Shown here: positions 52,324-64,000 of the stretch, piece after piece | How positions within the stretch are numbered: the first letter of the stretch is position 1 | How the letters are laid out: each line of letters starts with the position of its first letter | From: Lama guanicoe | Taxonomy: Eukaryota | NCBI GenBank assembly: GCA_013239625.1 | Contig: MU054187.1 | Coordinates: 12,742,974 to 12,806,973, forward strand | Direction of reading: 5' to 3' | Length of the DNA: 64,000 nt | Notes under the pieces: model-generated | Told to the model about the DNA's origin: nothing | Databases searched by the model: none | Seen by the model: only the letters and a program-made list of their open reading frames with translations | Made by a program: the position numbers and the translations under genes

Positions 52324-53181
52324 AAAAAATGCTTTCTTGTCTGTGCCTCCCTCCCACCTCCCCACTCTCAATCCCCCATCCAAATGAGCTGGTTACCTTG
52401 GAAACAAGGGCATTGAAAAACAACTCAAGTACAGTGTTAGTAAACTGCATAGGTAAAATATAATAGAGGAACATTTCTATTACATTTTAATAGAAATTCT
52501 ACTATATTTTAATAAGTGACTCTGCTGCTGTCTTGGTTTTGGGGTCAGGTTTGCTTTGTAACATTTGGTAAATATCTTAATTCTTCTATTGTGATATAAA
52601 CAGTTAATAAGATTGTAGGGATCAAGAAACTTTGTTTTGATGTGACAGAAAGATTGGATTTTGACTGACACGTGGGTTAGTTTGAATGGGTTTTAGGACC
52701 AGGTCTTAAAAAAAAAAATTCCCCTAAACATCCAGGGGCTCAGGAAGGACCATTTCTGCCCCATGCTGACATGTGTAAGCAAAGGCTCTGGGAGGTTCCT
52801 CCTGGTGGGGTCTTCACCACCACTGATTTGCAACAGGAGAGTGAGGTCAACATATGGGCCTCGTTCTGGAAGCTCTGAGTCATTCCATCTGCCCTCCGCT
52901 GTACCTTTGCAACTTTAGTAGCATTTTTCCCACAGTTTGATGCTTAGAACTGCATATCTTCACCCAAGAGTGGGCTGAGTGTAGCTGTCACGGCATCAGA
53001 ACAACTGCTACTACTGTCCTCCCGTCTCTGTCCCTCTCCTTCCTGCTGGAGAAATCGGGTGGCCTTTTGTAGCATATGCTACATCCAGCATCCAGCAGAT
53101 GTTCACGTTTTTTGGATGACACTAAGATGCAGTGTGTAAACCGGGCATGCTGTGAAGGGACCTGGCTGTCAGACTCATTTT

Positions 53182-53416
53182 TTAAATTGAAATATAATTG
53201 ATTTACAGTGTTGTGTTAATTTCTGGTATACAGCATAGTGATTCAGTTATACATATATATATTCCTTTTCAGATTCTTTTTCATTATAGGCTATGATAAG
53301 TTATTAAATAGAATTCCCCGTGCTGTACAGTAGGACCTTGTTTGTTTATTTGGTATATAGTGGCTTGTATCTGCTAATCCCAAACTCCCAATTTATTCCT
53401 CCCCCTCCCAAATGGG
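53182..53416 (-). mobile_element. 5'-truncated LINE-1 3' end
   Basis: TSD gactcatttt (53172-53181, 53417-53426). Confidence 0.9.
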
Positions 53417-54889
53417 GACTCATTTTAAAATTACCTTTCTATGCACTCCTCTTTGGTATGAAAGTTGCTTTCAGCAAGGATATCAAGCCACTCTGACTTT
53501 GCTGAACAGACAAATCTATGTTCAATACAAAACTGAAAGAAAAAGTCTCTGTCACATCTTTCTGACCTGTTGTTGACTCAAGCTTTTCTTCAGTGAGTCA
53601 AAAATGAGGGAGAAGTAATAGCCCGGAGGAAAGTGTTTGAAGACGGTGCTGTGTGTCTCTATCCACGTCCTGTGTGTGTATGTGTTAACTGTCCCCAGCC
53701 CGAGGGCAGGACCTGCCTTCCTGTGCCTGGGAGCTCCGGCTTCTGCTGGGGAGCAGGTATACAAAGCCTTCTTTAACTTGCCTGCCGTGAGCGGTGAGAT
53801 GAAAAACGCCCGCTGATGGTTAACAGATCTGTCCCCTAAGACACCGCTCCTCAGAACATGGCATTTGTTGACTCTGGGTAAAGCTTTTAGTACTTTCGGT
53901 CTGTAGGAAGGTTTGGCCAGTAGCCCTTCTGTTGATGGTCATATTCCCTAGCCAGAAATGCCAGTTACCAGTTTTCTTTCTTCATCTTCTCATTAAGCCT
54001 TTTGTATATTTTTTCTCTGATTCCCAGGATTAGTGATGACATGTGTCGTTTTCATATCATTAAACTTTCTTAAAGGGATAAGGATGCAATTGTTTGCAGT
54101 TCTCCACTTTGTAGGGTTTTAAATGTTTGAGGATACTATCATTTCTTTTTCACTGAGAGCGAGTGAAATAGGTAAGTATATAGTACTGTTTAGCTCACTT
54201 AACTCCTATTTATTATAGAAATAAGAACCAGAGCAGTTATTTTTAAGTGAAATAAGCCCACAAGCTTATTTCCAAAAAGCTCATTCAAGTAGTTATTTTA
54301 TCCTTAACAACTTGTTAGAACAAATGAAATTGGCTGAATGTGGGTTTCCTATATTCTGGTGCATTGGAGAATGATGGCTCGATGGGGAATCTTCTTCCAT
54401 CTGTTAGGGTAATGAGGAAAAAAAAGTTGTCAGTAGGATGGCAGAAAGCAAAGAACTAGGAGCCTGGGAGATCAGCAGACTGAGTGATCACTCCGTGCCT
54501 AGTTAGAAAGAAGTTGCGGCATGGGAGGTGCACCAGATCCCTGCTTCCACTGGGCTGCTAGACAGTGTATCTGATTGCTTCCTCACGTGCCTCCAGCATC
54601 TTTGAATCTCAGCCTTTGGTCCCAGGGGGATCTTTCCATACCCCATCCATTTTTGTGCCCCACTTGAATTGCCTGTTCTGTGGCTCCCCAGAGGCTTGTA
54701 TTCCATGGAGATTCTCATCTTCCCACAGAGCTCTCAAACAGCATTCCATTCTCTCTAGAGGACGGTGGATCAGGGTCTCACCAGAATCTTCCTGTATGGC
54801 TTGGAGCCCCAAAAGTGGCCTGAAATGGGCTTGTTTTTGGAACCTGACATTTTATGTATGTTTTAGAGAAGTTTCAGATTGGTGAAAAT

Positions 54890-55120
54890 GTCTAACTCCA
54901 TTGCTGTTCACTGAGCTCTCTGTGTGTGTGAGGATCTGTAATACACACTGTATGTAGTTTTCTTGTTCAGTCTTATCGCATGTTGAGGTAGGGTCCATTT
55001 TCACTTTTTGGATGAGAGAACAGAGGCATAGAAAGATTAAGTCACTTGCCCAGGGTCCCATAGCCGGGCTAGAGGCCAGTCCGGCCCACCAGTACAACCC
55101 TGTGCACTCTCTCTACTGCT
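54890..55120 (-). mobile_element. MIR SINE
   Basis: gatgagagaacagaggcatagaaagattaagtcacttgcccagggtc. Confidence 0.75.
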
Positions 55121-55907
55121 TATGCTGCCTCTATTCCCTGGCTGATCATCCAGACCACTTTCTCACCTTCGATTTCCTGCCATCCTGTGCTCCCACAATG
55201 CTCATCTTGCAAGACCCCCAAACTGATTTGCCATCCTGCTCCCAAACAGAGACAACTGATATCTGAGAGGGAAAAACTACAGAACTATGTAGATTAGAAC
55301 CGCGAAGATTCCTGTCTGCTAGCTTAGCGGAGCCCTCTGCATTTCCCGTCAGTCCTTCAGAGCTCCATGGTCAGTTTCTCCCCCACCCCCCACAGAGGAA
55401 TTTCAAACCATCACCACTCTCCTCCAGCTCCCTTTCTGCCTCCAAACTCAGTAAAGCCTCAAACTTCTGGGAGAAACTGAGTCCATCAGAAAATGCCACC
55501 CCCTTTACCTCCAAGGTGACTTAGAGCCACGTCAATCCTTACCTCCATATTGCTGGTTTCAAGGTACCAATTTCAGGTTGGGGTCAAACCCGTTAGCTGG
55601 ATCCTGTGAAACCCCTCATATTCTCCTGACTCCTCTGGGAACTGGTTCTATTAATCAAACTCCCTCAATTCATCTACCTTTTATTCTCTCACTCTTTATA
55701 GACGTCCTCCCCTCAGCCTAAAACAAGCCCATGTCTTACCCAATCAAAAACCCCAGGTTAAAAAAAAAATAAAACCAATCCTCTAGCTACCATCAAGTCT
55801 CTTTCCTTTCCATGTAACTAGTAGAGGAATAATCTATACTGTTGTTCTCCAGCATCACCTTTTCCCATTCTTTTGTCCATAATGATTTAGCTCTTGTTCT
55901 TACCACT

Positions 55908-56340
55908 TGTAGTAATCAGGATCCAACCAGGGAAAAATAAACTACTTCAGTGACTTGTTACAAAGAGAATATAATGCAGAGAAATGAATTAGATGGGTGG
56001 TGGAGTAACTGAGAAACCAGACACGATGGTGAGGTATCCCAGAGGTGGCAACAGCTGGAAGCTACTCCCACACTTAGCACCATCTTTACTCTGTCCCTCC
56101 ATTCTATCAGACCTTGGCCTTGGATGACCCAGGGAGGCAAGACTTGGGCTGGTTGGATTATCCTGTGGGCACTGAAGACATGGAGAGGATTCAGCCCACA
56201 TACTGCAGGGCAGACCATTACTGTCCGAGAGGAGAAGCAGAAATACCTGACCTCTCTGTCCCTAGATCTTTTAAACTCTCTCAGCCATGCCAACTGTTGG
56301 CTGACCTCAGCCCAGCTGAAGATCAGCAACATATGGAGCC
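55908..56340. mobile_element. Degraded ERVL LTR (LTR33-like), adjacent to L2 fragments at ~55330-55900
   Basis: tgtagtaatcaggatccaaccagggaaa...gatggtgaggtatcccagaggtggcaacagctggaagc. Confidence 0.5.
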
Positions 56341-58898
56341 TGGGAAGTGCTTCCTGCAGGCTCCAACATCGGGAATACGGAGTAATCTGGATGGCATTTC
56401 AGGAGATTTTGCAGCTGGCAAGAAGAGAAGTTTACGTGGCAAATGCATACGCATACACATTTCAAGATGGCACCTGATCCCACTTCCTTGAGCAGAATTC
56501 AAATTTGGTCAGGCTTCTTTCCATTTCTGCAAATTCTGAAAATTCCAAAATCGTTTTGCTCTAACCTCATTGTAAAAACCATGTAACTACTTTCATAATG
56601 AATTGATAACCAAATATTTTGTCATGCGTTTCCCATAAAAAGATAAATCCCACCCACTGGAGGATTAATGGAGGAAAAACATAAAACCAGCTAAATCCCA
56701 ATGATGGTGACTTGTATGCAATTGTTTTAGGTTTTATAGGAATCTGATACCAATTTGTTAGTCATAAAGCACATTACCTGGATTTTTATTGACATAATCA
56801 TTTGGATTATATCTATTAGGCAAAACATTTGAGTCAGATACCTAGAAAATTGGTTGATTACTATTAAAGCTGACTAAAACAAAGATTTTGTTTTTAACCA
56901 AGATCACAAAGTATGGACTGATTTTTTTTTTAATGCTTCATAGTCTGGAGACATGAGCTATTAAAAATCATTCATTTAAAAAAGATAGTGAAAAATCCTG
57001 CATGTAGTTAAATTGTCTTTGTTAAGTGTATGGATATTTTTAAGCTTTTCTTAACGAAAGTCCACACAATGTTTAAGCCAAATTTTGCAGTCTGTCTCAA
57101 GCTGAGCCTGTGTTACACATGCCAATAAATGAGTGCTACTCCAGGCTGCTCAGGTGTTCCTGGGTGTTCCATATGACACAATTCAGCTGGATCTTTTCCC
57201 CTGACAACTAGTGACTAAACTACATTGAGTTTTTGTTTGCCTTGTACATAGATAAATAAGCTGCATACGTTTTTCGGTATCCTTGGTATATTAGCTATCT
57301 GCTGTGATAAGTGTTTCTCACCCTAAGTCATCCTATGAGCAATGGATTTAATTCTTTGACAGTCCTGTGAATGAATGAGAGGGAGAGGGAGAAAAGGAAG
57401 GGCAGGATGAAGAGGAGGATGGTACCCACCGTCGCCCACTGAGGGAGGGGCAGGCAAGACAATTCTGCTTTACTGAGTAGCATTTGGAAAGAATTCATAT
57501 ACATTGTTTCTGGACTTTTATTTCTGATATTAAACATGACTCCTCTGATTTTTATCTTTATTTGAAAAAGCCTTGTATTCTTTTTGTAGAAAATCTAGTT
57601 TGTGTAAAACAGAACTGGAAACACTGCAAATCTTTGCTACTTTTCCTTTAAAGAGTATTTTAAATGAATCTTTGTAACCTCAGTATATGTTCCGAGGCCC
57701 TGGTTATCTCAGTTGTCCTGTCCTTAGAGACAGGTGTTCATAGCTTGTTTCCTTGTGTGGTGGTTTGTTTTCAGGCTCCGTTGGGAAGCTATTTTGAAAA
57801 TGTGCGGTATTAATCATGAGGGAGACTTAGAGAATTTGTAATGCATAAAACCTAATCATCACCATTTCTTAAAGAAACAATTCAAAGACCCCTTTGATAG
57901 TGGATAAATAGTTTAATCCCAAGCTATAAAAAAAGATAGCATATTATCTTCTGTGATTTATGTAATGGACTAAGGCTTTATTCCTTTTTTTTTATATGTC
58001 TGTCTGCAAAATTTGCTGTCACAAAAAGCCAGCTCAGTGGAAGACTCTTTAATCCCCCTAGACATTTTACCTGCAATTAAGGTAGTTACCTCTATACATA
58101 TAGTGCTGTGGGTTAGAGCACATAAATCAAAATGCTAAGATTTCCTCAAGTGTGGTCAGATGAGGGACTTAATAGAACCCCTGATGAAATATTTAATACT
58201 TTATTATAATTAGAAACTCAGATACTATATAGATACAGACCAGGAATGAAAGAAACACAAATATCAAGGTACAGATCAGTTTATTTTTTCTTCTATTGTG
58301 TATAATTACTTTAAGAGTCAAACTTGGGTTCTAGTCATGGTTTCTTGCCAGGTACTTGAAGTTCTCTCATGCAAATTGCAACTTTATAGTTTTACTGATG
58401 GTTGATTTTTTTTTTTAATTCTACCTCACTAATCTTTTTGTGGCTAAGAGAGAATTGCTCTCTATAGTGAATGGTTTTTCTCTTTTCCCCTTCCCTAAAG
58501 CTAAAAATATGGACACTGTGATTATCCTTTAGCCGATAATTATCCACGTTTATTTAGTTTGTACATCTAATTTACCCTTTCTTCATCAGTATTCAATTAA
58601 TGTTGAATAACCAATTTACTTATCTCCTGCAGTTTTTTTTTACTATGCTTTCTGTTTACTGAATCTGCTTTATTTTTTAAAGAGTCTTCTATCCATTCAT
58701 CCATCTACCTACCCATATATACCCCACTTTGTTTCAGAAAGAATTTAAGGTAGACTCTTAAAGGAGATATATTTTAAATCTGAAAGATTTGAAGTCCAAA
58801 CTGAATGTAAATCAGATAGTAATTTATTTGTGACAAATTAACTCCTTGCCTGATACTTTCAAGCAAAGTATGAAAACAAGATATTTAATGATTCAAAA

Positions 58899-59462
58899 TG
58901 TTGCCAAATCCAAACTCATTCTACTTGGCACAAGACAGGCCAAAATGTTGCCGAAATCAAACTCATTCTACTTGGCACAAGACAGGCCAATATATTGGGA
59001 GACGAAGTGTTGGGGCAAGGGATAACAGCTTTATTCTGAAAGCCAGCAGACTGAGAAGATGGGAGACTAGTGTCCTGGAGAACCATCTTACTCAAGTCAG
59101 AATTCAGACTCCTTTTATACTAAAAAGGGGAGGGGGTGTGGCTGGCTGTTGCAAACTTCTTGGTATTGGAATCCTTTGTTCTTGAAGCTGTTCATAAAGG
59201 TCAGGTCATGATATTCCTGTAAACCTCCAACAAGACAAATGTTATTCTCTGTTCTGCAATGTTTTATCTCTATATTAATGGAAAAGTGTTATACCCTTAA
59301 AGGTCAGAGCCTTGAGAATGGACTATCCTGTATATTTCAGACTATAGGCAACATTCTTTTACAAAAGGTGCAGAACCAGTATGACTAAGCACAGGAAACA
59401 GCATGGGGTTAGAGCTAAAGGAACAGATCTAATATGGAGTCAGATTTGTTCTTCATGTTACA
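58899..59462 (-). mobile_element. ERV1-type solo LTR with 47-bp terminal duplication
   Basis: TG...CA termini, 4-bp TSD aaaa, minus-strand TATAAAA (~59113) and AATAAA (~59030). Confidence 0.85.
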
Positions 59463-59893
59463 AAAACATGGAAGTCACATTCTTATAAATAATCATATTT
59501 TATTGGTTAGAAATCTAACACTTTTTGATTCGGTAGGGAGTTGAATAGGATCCACAGGTAAAAGTAGCACTTTTGTTACATAAATGACAGATTTAAACAT
59601 TGGACTTTGATTGGAAGGGAGTAGAAATTTGGAATTTTTAAAAAGGATTTGAGATCAGTAAGTCAGAATAAAGTGATTTAGGAGGAAAAGTGACAGCAAA
59701 ATGGTAATTATTACAAAAGCAACTGACATGTACAAAAGAATGCCAGTTCTTGGAAGGAAAAAGAATTCAGCCCAGAGCTCCAGGAACAGCAAAAGCACGA
59801 TTGTGTCAGACAGTTGTTATCTGGTACAGGGCAACATAATGTTTAACCTTGCCATGAAAGTAAGCACATGTATCTGTCCTTGAAAAGAATATT

Positions 59894-60347
59894 ATGAACG
59901 GACCTGGAGATTGCCATACTAAGTGAAGGAAGCCAGAAAGAGAAAGAAAAGTACCGTATGAGACCACGTATATGTGGAATCTAAAATGACACAAATGAAC
60001 TTATTTACAAAACACACTCACAGACATAGAAACCAAACTTACAGTTACCAAGGAGGGGGAGGGGAGGGGAGGCGAAGGATAAACTGGGAGTTCTGGATTT
60101 GCAGATACTAACTACTATATAAAAAAATAGATAAACAACAAGGTCCTACTGTATAGCACAGGGAACTGTATTCAGTGGCTTGTCATAACCTGTAATGAAA
60201 AAGAATATATATATATAACTGAATCACTATGCGGTACACCAGAAATTAACACAAATTATAAATGGATTATTTGTCAGTTTAAGAAAATAAAAGCAACTTA
60301 AAAAACCTCTCCCAATAAATGAGCCACATTAAGCACATCAAAGAAAA
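59894..60347 (+). mobile_element. 5'-truncated LINE-1 3' end with extra 3' segment
   Basis: ggacctggagattgccatactaagtgaag...; TSD aaaagaatatt (59883-59893, 60348-60358). Confidence 0.9.
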
Positions 60348-62839
60348 AAAAGAATATTGACTGAGTGAAGGTACAGAGTACTATAATTTGAGCTGAATAA
60401 GCTGTTTTCTTCTCTAATACAACAGTGCTTAAAATTCCAATGAATGGATGAATTTAGATTTTGGCAAGTTGGAAACTGCTACTGTGCTGGGAATTATTAG
60501 AGCCATACCTAACCAGTATGTATCAGTACATGCTCATTACAATGCAGTGTAAGTAATCATTCAGCACAATCCATCGTTACCTCTAGAAGGATGCATACTT
60601 TAGTAACGTGCATAACATAAAATATGTATCCAATGTGCTGTGCATTCACATGTGTAAAAACATATATGGACTCTATTATCTAGGACATGTCAGTATTTTA
60701 CCTTCCAAGAAGTAAAAATTCTTCAGGAAACTGCATTTTGGTGACTCATTTTTGTTAAACAAAAGAATGTTTGCTTTTAGATATTACATTTTTGTCTATC
60801 ATCTGGCACAGAGCTGGATTTTTTCCAGTCTGACTTGGCTCCAGTAGATGATCTGAGCTGCACGTCACAACTTCTTTTCTCCCCTCGTCCAGAGGCATCC
60901 CGTGGCTCCGTGTTCAGGGGGAGGAGTCCAGAGGGCAAGAGGAGGTGGCTCTGGCCGGTGGTTTTTCCTGTTGCCAGCTAATCCCAGATTATTTGTGGAT
61001 CCAAAAGAGAGCAATTGGTGAAATGGAATCCTTCCAATTCCCGAGGCTGGTGCCATTCATCACTTCCTAAAACCATTTAATACTTAGCACCCAGAAAATT
61101 GTCCATTAAATTATGACAGAAAAGTAATTCCATACCCTCTCTTTCCAGCCACGTTAGCCCTGGATTTAGTCATTGGCACAGCCCAACATAAAATCAGCGA
61201 GTCTGAGCACATGAGAAAAGAGCAGCACTCCTGTGAAGAGGACAGATGCGCCTTGTCTCTAAGTGGACAATTCTAAAGATGCTAAGGAAGGCTCTATGGA
61301 AATGTAAAGCCACAACAGTGGTATCAGCTAGTTTTCCCACCTCCATTTAATGCTGGTCCAAAATTATATGAGAATGAAAGGATTTAACATCAGACTGCCT
61401 GCAGACACAAGCTCTTCTTTGAAAACCAGTGATTCCTGACTCTCCCTGAGATTCAAGTTTCATTTCTGATCCCTGGAGTAAGGAGAGAGTCTTATCCTTT
61501 CCAAAATTCTTGGCTCACTTTGTGTGTCAATGCCAAGTCTGTTTCCGGTAGGCTGTTAGGTCCACCATTCTAATGTGCTTATGTTTACTTTTGTACCTTG
61601 GATTGAAGGGAAATTTTGGATAGATTTCTGAAAGTTATCTGGTCTTCTGAGAACAGGCCCACATCAGTGGAGGAAAAAACTCTTTGCCTTTGATTTTTCA
61701 CACTAAAGGAAAGCTAGTAAGTCTGAAAAGATCATTTCCTCCACCCAACGCCTTATAGAGCAAGAGGAAGCCAGCTGACTTGATTTAGTAATTGCCAATT
61801 GGTGAATACATTATTGATGGGTGAAAACGACAGAGATGTCTAGGGCAGCATTAAAAATAATAACTTTGTGTTTCTCTATAAGGCTTTCCTATCATGTGTA
61901 CTACTAGGGAGCGTAGGGCATGTGTGTGGGGTGGGGGAATAAGAAAAACTTATCCTAGATTATAAATTCAAGATTTTCGAAAAACAGTGAGTAGGAGAAA
62001 GATAGGAATTGGGATTTACTTGGATTTTGCAACCCTCATCCTTAGGTCTACTGCTGGGTATTCTGCCATCCTGGCTACATCATTTTATTCAAGTACAAAT
62101 CTCAGGGTTAGCTAAGAACGCTGCTTGTCCAATAGAATCAAGGGAGAGGCCCAAGATGCTATGCCAGCTCACGGACGTTAAAACAAGTTTGCATATAAAA
62201 TAAGAAACCATAACTAATTAACACCAGGCAGGTGGTCCTGATGGAAATTTAACATCCAAACCGGGTCAGCAGGGAATACAGACTTGGCAGATGAAACTGT
62301 AACTGAAATGAATCCCCCAAGACCCGCCAAGTGAGCCTTGAGCCAACAGCCCTTCGCAAGAGCTTCCTGTGCCAGTCATTTCTGGGAAAACGGAGCCAAG
62401 GTTAAATGGCTGGAGATCTTAAAATGAGTATGATTGCATAAAGATCTCAGGGCCTCCAGCCCCCCAGCCTCACAAAGAGTTTTCTTAGATGCCAGCATGA
62501 TTTTGTGAGAGCAGGAGGGGGCCCAGCATGGAGGCTGCTCTCTGTGTGTTTATTTATTAAAAGCAGGGAGGACAGTGCAGGGAGGGGCAGGAGGATCTTC
62601 TCAACAAAGGCCAGGGCGTGAGGTTTTGCTGGAAAGAGCCGGAGTGGAGGGGAGGAGACATTTAGACCCCCATGGAGGGCCAGAGCAAAATCAGATACCA
62701 ATGAGGACTGAACCGTCTGAGTAACAGCCGGAATAGCTGAAGTGCTGGGAATGAAAAACTAAGTTTTACTGTTTCATGGTTGGCAAGAGAAAGAGGGCTG
62801 AGAGAAGGTGAGATGAAATAGAGCAATAGAGAGAAGGGG

Positions 62840-63070
62840 GCTGTCCGAGGTGTGATTTCTGTCACAACGCCACGAGGAGATGACTCAGCACCGTATCCCC
62901 GCCGGGCTTGCCTTGCCTCCCCGGAGGGGCGCGTAAAGTGGTGGGATGTCCATCCCAGCGGGCTCTTAGACGTGATCCCCTTCCCGGCTCTGGCTTTACA
63001 GCTGAAGAAGCCGTGGCCTGCAGGGGAAGTGTCTCCCCAAGGCCACAGTGAATTCTTTAGCAGAGCCGTC
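62840..63070. promoter_or_regulatory. CpG-enriched patch with ARE/MARE-type site
   Basis: ATGACTCAGCA at 62880-62890 inside a GC/CpG-rich stretch. Confidence 0.35.
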
Positions 63071-64000
63071 TGGAAACCTGATGCTTGGGTCTTTCCATTT
63101 GTCACCCTTCCTGTTCAAGACCCGCTAATGCTTTCATGGCTGCTTGTTCATTCGCTTTATTTGTGTTTAATTTCTTCTTCTTTTTTTCTTTTTTTTTTAG
63201 CTCTGTTAGGATTTTATTTTTTATCCGAATGTCTGATTCATTTGGAACTTTTTATTAGTATTATTTTGCTACTAGGGATATAACTGACTTTTAAAATTAA
63301 TCACCAAGTTTCCCAGTAATATTTACTAGTTACTGCATTATTTCTCCAGTTACTTGAAGGGTTACTTTTCTCATAGAGATTTTTGTTGCTTTCTATTCTC
63401 TCCCATTTATCCTATGACATTATCACGTTGTTCTGATTATTGTAATTTTATAAACAGTTTAGCAGTGTCTCTGCATTGCTCCTCATTTAAAGAAAATTGT
63501 CTATCCCCATTTCTTTGTTTTCAGATAATCTTCAGAATCATCCTTTTTGAAAAAGAAACATCTTTTTCATGTTACAAGATAATACTGTGTGAACTGTATT
63601 GGAAATACCTTGAACTTACTTATTGAGGGAAGAATAACATAAAATAATGAATTACATTTATAAAATAATATTTTTTCTTCTAGGATTAAATTTATTTCAC
63701 TTTTGTTCCTTACTTTAATATATCTTGATAAAGTTCTGTAGTTTTATTTTTCACACAGACCCTGAATGATTCTTTTTTAGTTATCCATCCCTAGCTATTT
63801 TGTATGTCTTTTGTTTGAGTACATCTCTTTTATTTTAAATGCTATTTGGTTTTTCGAAATGTCCAAAACAGTCATTGAGGCTTTTGTTGTAGTGAGTTTA
63901 ATTGCAAAGACAAACTGAGGTTCTGAAGAAAACTGGAATTTGTGTAGCAATCAAAACAATGGGTGGATAATTCCACAGGCACCAATACTAATTTGAAATT

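Noticed and set aside
50864..53669. Minus-strand exon chain 53669-53567 / ~50952-50864 / 42290
   Set aside because: Acceptors lack good pyrimidine tracts, phases fit only by choosing among alternative AGs, and no known protein emerges
55958..56491. Overlapping ORFs of 117-125 aa
   Set aside because: Largely within a degraded ERVL-type LTR; no Gag/Pol/Env similarity
62662..63283. Longest ORFs (147 and 143 aa) on opposite strands
   Set aside because: Explained by local GC richness; non-ATG starts, low-complexity tail, no domain
1..64000. L1 strand bias as evidence for host-gene orientation
   Set aside because: L1 tips occur on both strands in similar numbers
1..64000. CRISPR arrays, tRNA/rRNA genes, prokaryotic-type systems
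   Set aside because: The DNA is mammalian; no repeat-spacer arrays or structural RNA genes were seen

Overview
Mammalian genomic DNA, most likely camelid (inference from the L1 3'-end sequences and the lack of recognisable Alu, B1/B2, Bov-tA/Bov-A2, PRE-1 or Can-SINE). It looks intronic or intergenic. I found no protein-coding gene, RNA gene or CRISPR array that I can support, and no novel biological system. Most listed ORFs are chance ORFs or repeat-derived; the only recognisable peptides are L1 ORF2p C-terminal remnants. The window is dominated by interspersed repeats: 5'-truncated L1 3' ends (many with target-site duplications, TSDs), old L1M/L2/MIR, MaLR/ERV LTRs, and MER5/MER20/Tigger2a DNA transposons. 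Family names are assigned by eye, not by a database search. The best-supported notable structures are a probable L1 3' transduction (~60.3 kb), 5'-inverted L1s, two very young L1 tips identical over 97 nt, an intact 288-bp solo LTR with promoter motifs, and several recent tandem duplications. Weaker candidates are CpG-rich regulatory or exon-like patches at ~7.2, ~42.2 and ~62.9 kb.
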